Positions 53,363 through 54,389 of a DNA stretch of 54,389 nucleotides are shown here, piece after piece; the stretch's first letter is position 1, and each line of letters starts with the position of its first letter. Below the pieces are notes generated by a model. The model was not told the origin of the DNA. It searched no databases and saw nothing but the letters and a program-made list of their open reading frames with translations. The stretch lies in IMG/VR virus record IMGVR_UViG_3300034815_000027, positions 1 through 54,389 of that record, one strand, 5' to 3'. Source of the DNA: a virus. Lineage: Duplodnaviria > Caudoviricetes. Position numbers and translations under genes: made by a program.

Positions 53363-53809
53363 CTACTTCCTGACGATGGGTTTGCGGAGGATGACGCCCC
53401 ACTTAACTTTCGGGGACGGGTGGTACGTGTTGTCTGGGTGGTTGCCTTTGAGGCCGTCCCGGTGCGCGTCGTAGGCGACGGCCTGCTGCGCTGCGACGCG
53501 GGACAGGTCGCCGTTGCCGACCCGGATGGCGTGGACGTGCTGGATGTCGAAGCCTTGCGCGACAGTGCGATGCCAAGCGGCGAAGCCAGCGTCACGGAGT
53601 GCGGTCACCATGTCGTCGATTTGCGTGTCGGTCAGTCCGCGCACGGACAGGTCAACCGCGTCTTTGTCGTGCGTGCCGGACGATGCTGCGACGCCCGTGT
53701 GATAGCCGCCTTGCGTGATGCCGAACGTGAATCCGGCACGACGTTCCGCCCATTTGATGGCGGCGGGCGTACCGGGTGCGAAGGCGAATCCGCGGAACTT
53801 CACGAGCAT
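53363..53809 (-). CDS. Endolysin, single-domain Zn peptidase (M15/LAS-like)
   Basis: ITQG.Y...V.AS.GTHD..AVD, LR..GFAAW.R, HVHA. AAGGAGG RBS. Confidence 0.8.
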   Translation of the reverse strand: MLVKFRGFAFAPGTPAAIKWAERRAGFTFGITQGGYHTGVAASSGTHDKDAVDLSVRGLTDTQIDDMVTALRDAGFAAWHRTVAQGFDIQHVHAIRVGNGDLSRVAAQQAVAYDAHRDGLKGNHPDNTYHPSPKVKWGVILRKPIVRK

Positions 53810-53827
53810 GATGCCTCCTTGCATGAC

Positions 53828-53855
53828 GAAACCCCGCCACGAATGTGACGGGGTT
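53828..53855 (-). terminator. Terminator-like hairpin upstream of the lysis cassette
   Basis: Minus strand aaccccgtcac-attc-gtggcggggtttc. Confidence 0.5.
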
Positions 53856-53866
53856 GGCGGGTGGTG

Positions 53867-54175
53867 TTAGCTAGATGGACGGGCCTGGATCGCGGCGAGG
53901 ATTGCTTGCGCCTTCGCCTGCTCCACCATGTTGGAGCGGATAGCGGCCTGCGCATCATCGTGTGCCCACAGTTGTGACACGAGCACCACATCGTTGAGGT
54001 CGTCAACGGCAGCAATGGCCGCGTGCTTGTCTGTCGCACCTTTCAAGTGCGCGAGATGTTCGGGCCATACGTTCGGGAGTCCCGATGCGATGGACGTGTA
54101 GAGGTCGATGCCGCGCTGGTAGTCGGCAACCTCGTCGCGCCGAGCAGCGATTGGGTCAAAGGCTTGTTCTGTCAT
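53867..54175 (-). CDS. Putative fibre/RBP chaperone (phage B allele)
   Basis: Close homolog of 18550-18870. Confidence 0.72.
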   Translation of the reverse strand: MTEQAFDPIAARRDEVADYQRGIDLYTSIASGLPNVWPEHLAHLKGATDKHAAIAAVDDLNDVVLVSQLWAHDDAQAAIRSNMVEQAKAQAILAAIQARPSS

Positions 54176-54185
54176 GGTGTTTCCC

Positions 54186-54389
54186 TTCATCAGATGAATG
54201 CGACACGCTTAGACCACCCGAGTGGCAGGCTGGCGGGGTTTGCGTATTTCGTACCGAACCCAGACGACCACGGGTAGGCGGTGATATATGGAGTGCTTGA
54301 GGAGGGGAGTGCGACTGCTCCACCGCCCGCTATGAAAGACCCGTCCTGACTATTCGAGGTAGGCAGGCTGGCAGGATTCGCGTACTTCG
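54186..54389. repeat. Long direct repeat, copy 2
   Basis: 203/204 nt identical to 18881-19084. Confidence 0.97.
54190..54389 (-). CDS. 3' end of the beta-propeller RBP (truncated by the window edge)
   Basis: Identical protein to the C-terminus of 18885-19904. Confidence 0.85.
   Translation of the reverse strand, partial: KYANPASLPTSNSQDGSFIAGGGAVALPSSSTPYITAYPWSSGFGTKYANPASLPLGWSKRVAFI

Larger units (their letters stand above)
18958..54262. mobile_element. Phage B: apparently complete 35,305-bp circularly permuted temperate myovirus, non-integrated form
   Basis: Full set of head, contractile tail, replication, immunity/integration and lysis genes. Sequence at 54263-54389 returns to 18958-19084 (offset 35,305). 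attP is intact. Confidence 0.85.

Overview
The window joins two unrelated actinobacterial-type phage genomes. Segment A (1 to about 18.5 kb, lower GC by eye) is a partial, apparently lytic, short-tailed phage. It has a rightward replication and regulation arm (WhiB, PD-(D/E)XK nuclease, Dam-type methyltransferase, helicase, resolvase, split primase, phosphoesterase, sigma-like factor), a densely structured ~510-nt non-coding region at 3021-3540, and a leftward lysis and tail arm. Segment B (one loop of 35,305 bp, higher GC by eye) looks like a complete, circularly permuted temperate myovirus. It has sheath, tube, baseplate, tape measure, a -1 frameshifted chaperone, capsid, Clp protease, portal, terminase and a Prim-Pol/SF3 helicase with iterons. 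It also has a BPs-type integration-dependent immunity cassette whose intact attP (tRNA-Asn-like 3' half) lies inside the repressor gene. The two segments meet in a shared receptor-binding cassette (about 18580-19084) that recurs at the window end. Its last 127 nt are an exact copy, which points to an assembly-graph join through a very recently exchanged tail module, although a real recombinational cointegrate is not excluded. Both phages also carry a second homologous tail module: a fibre, a Cys-rich nested stalk-and-knob adhesin and a CxxC partner protein. All family calls come from motif recognition by eye. No searches were run.
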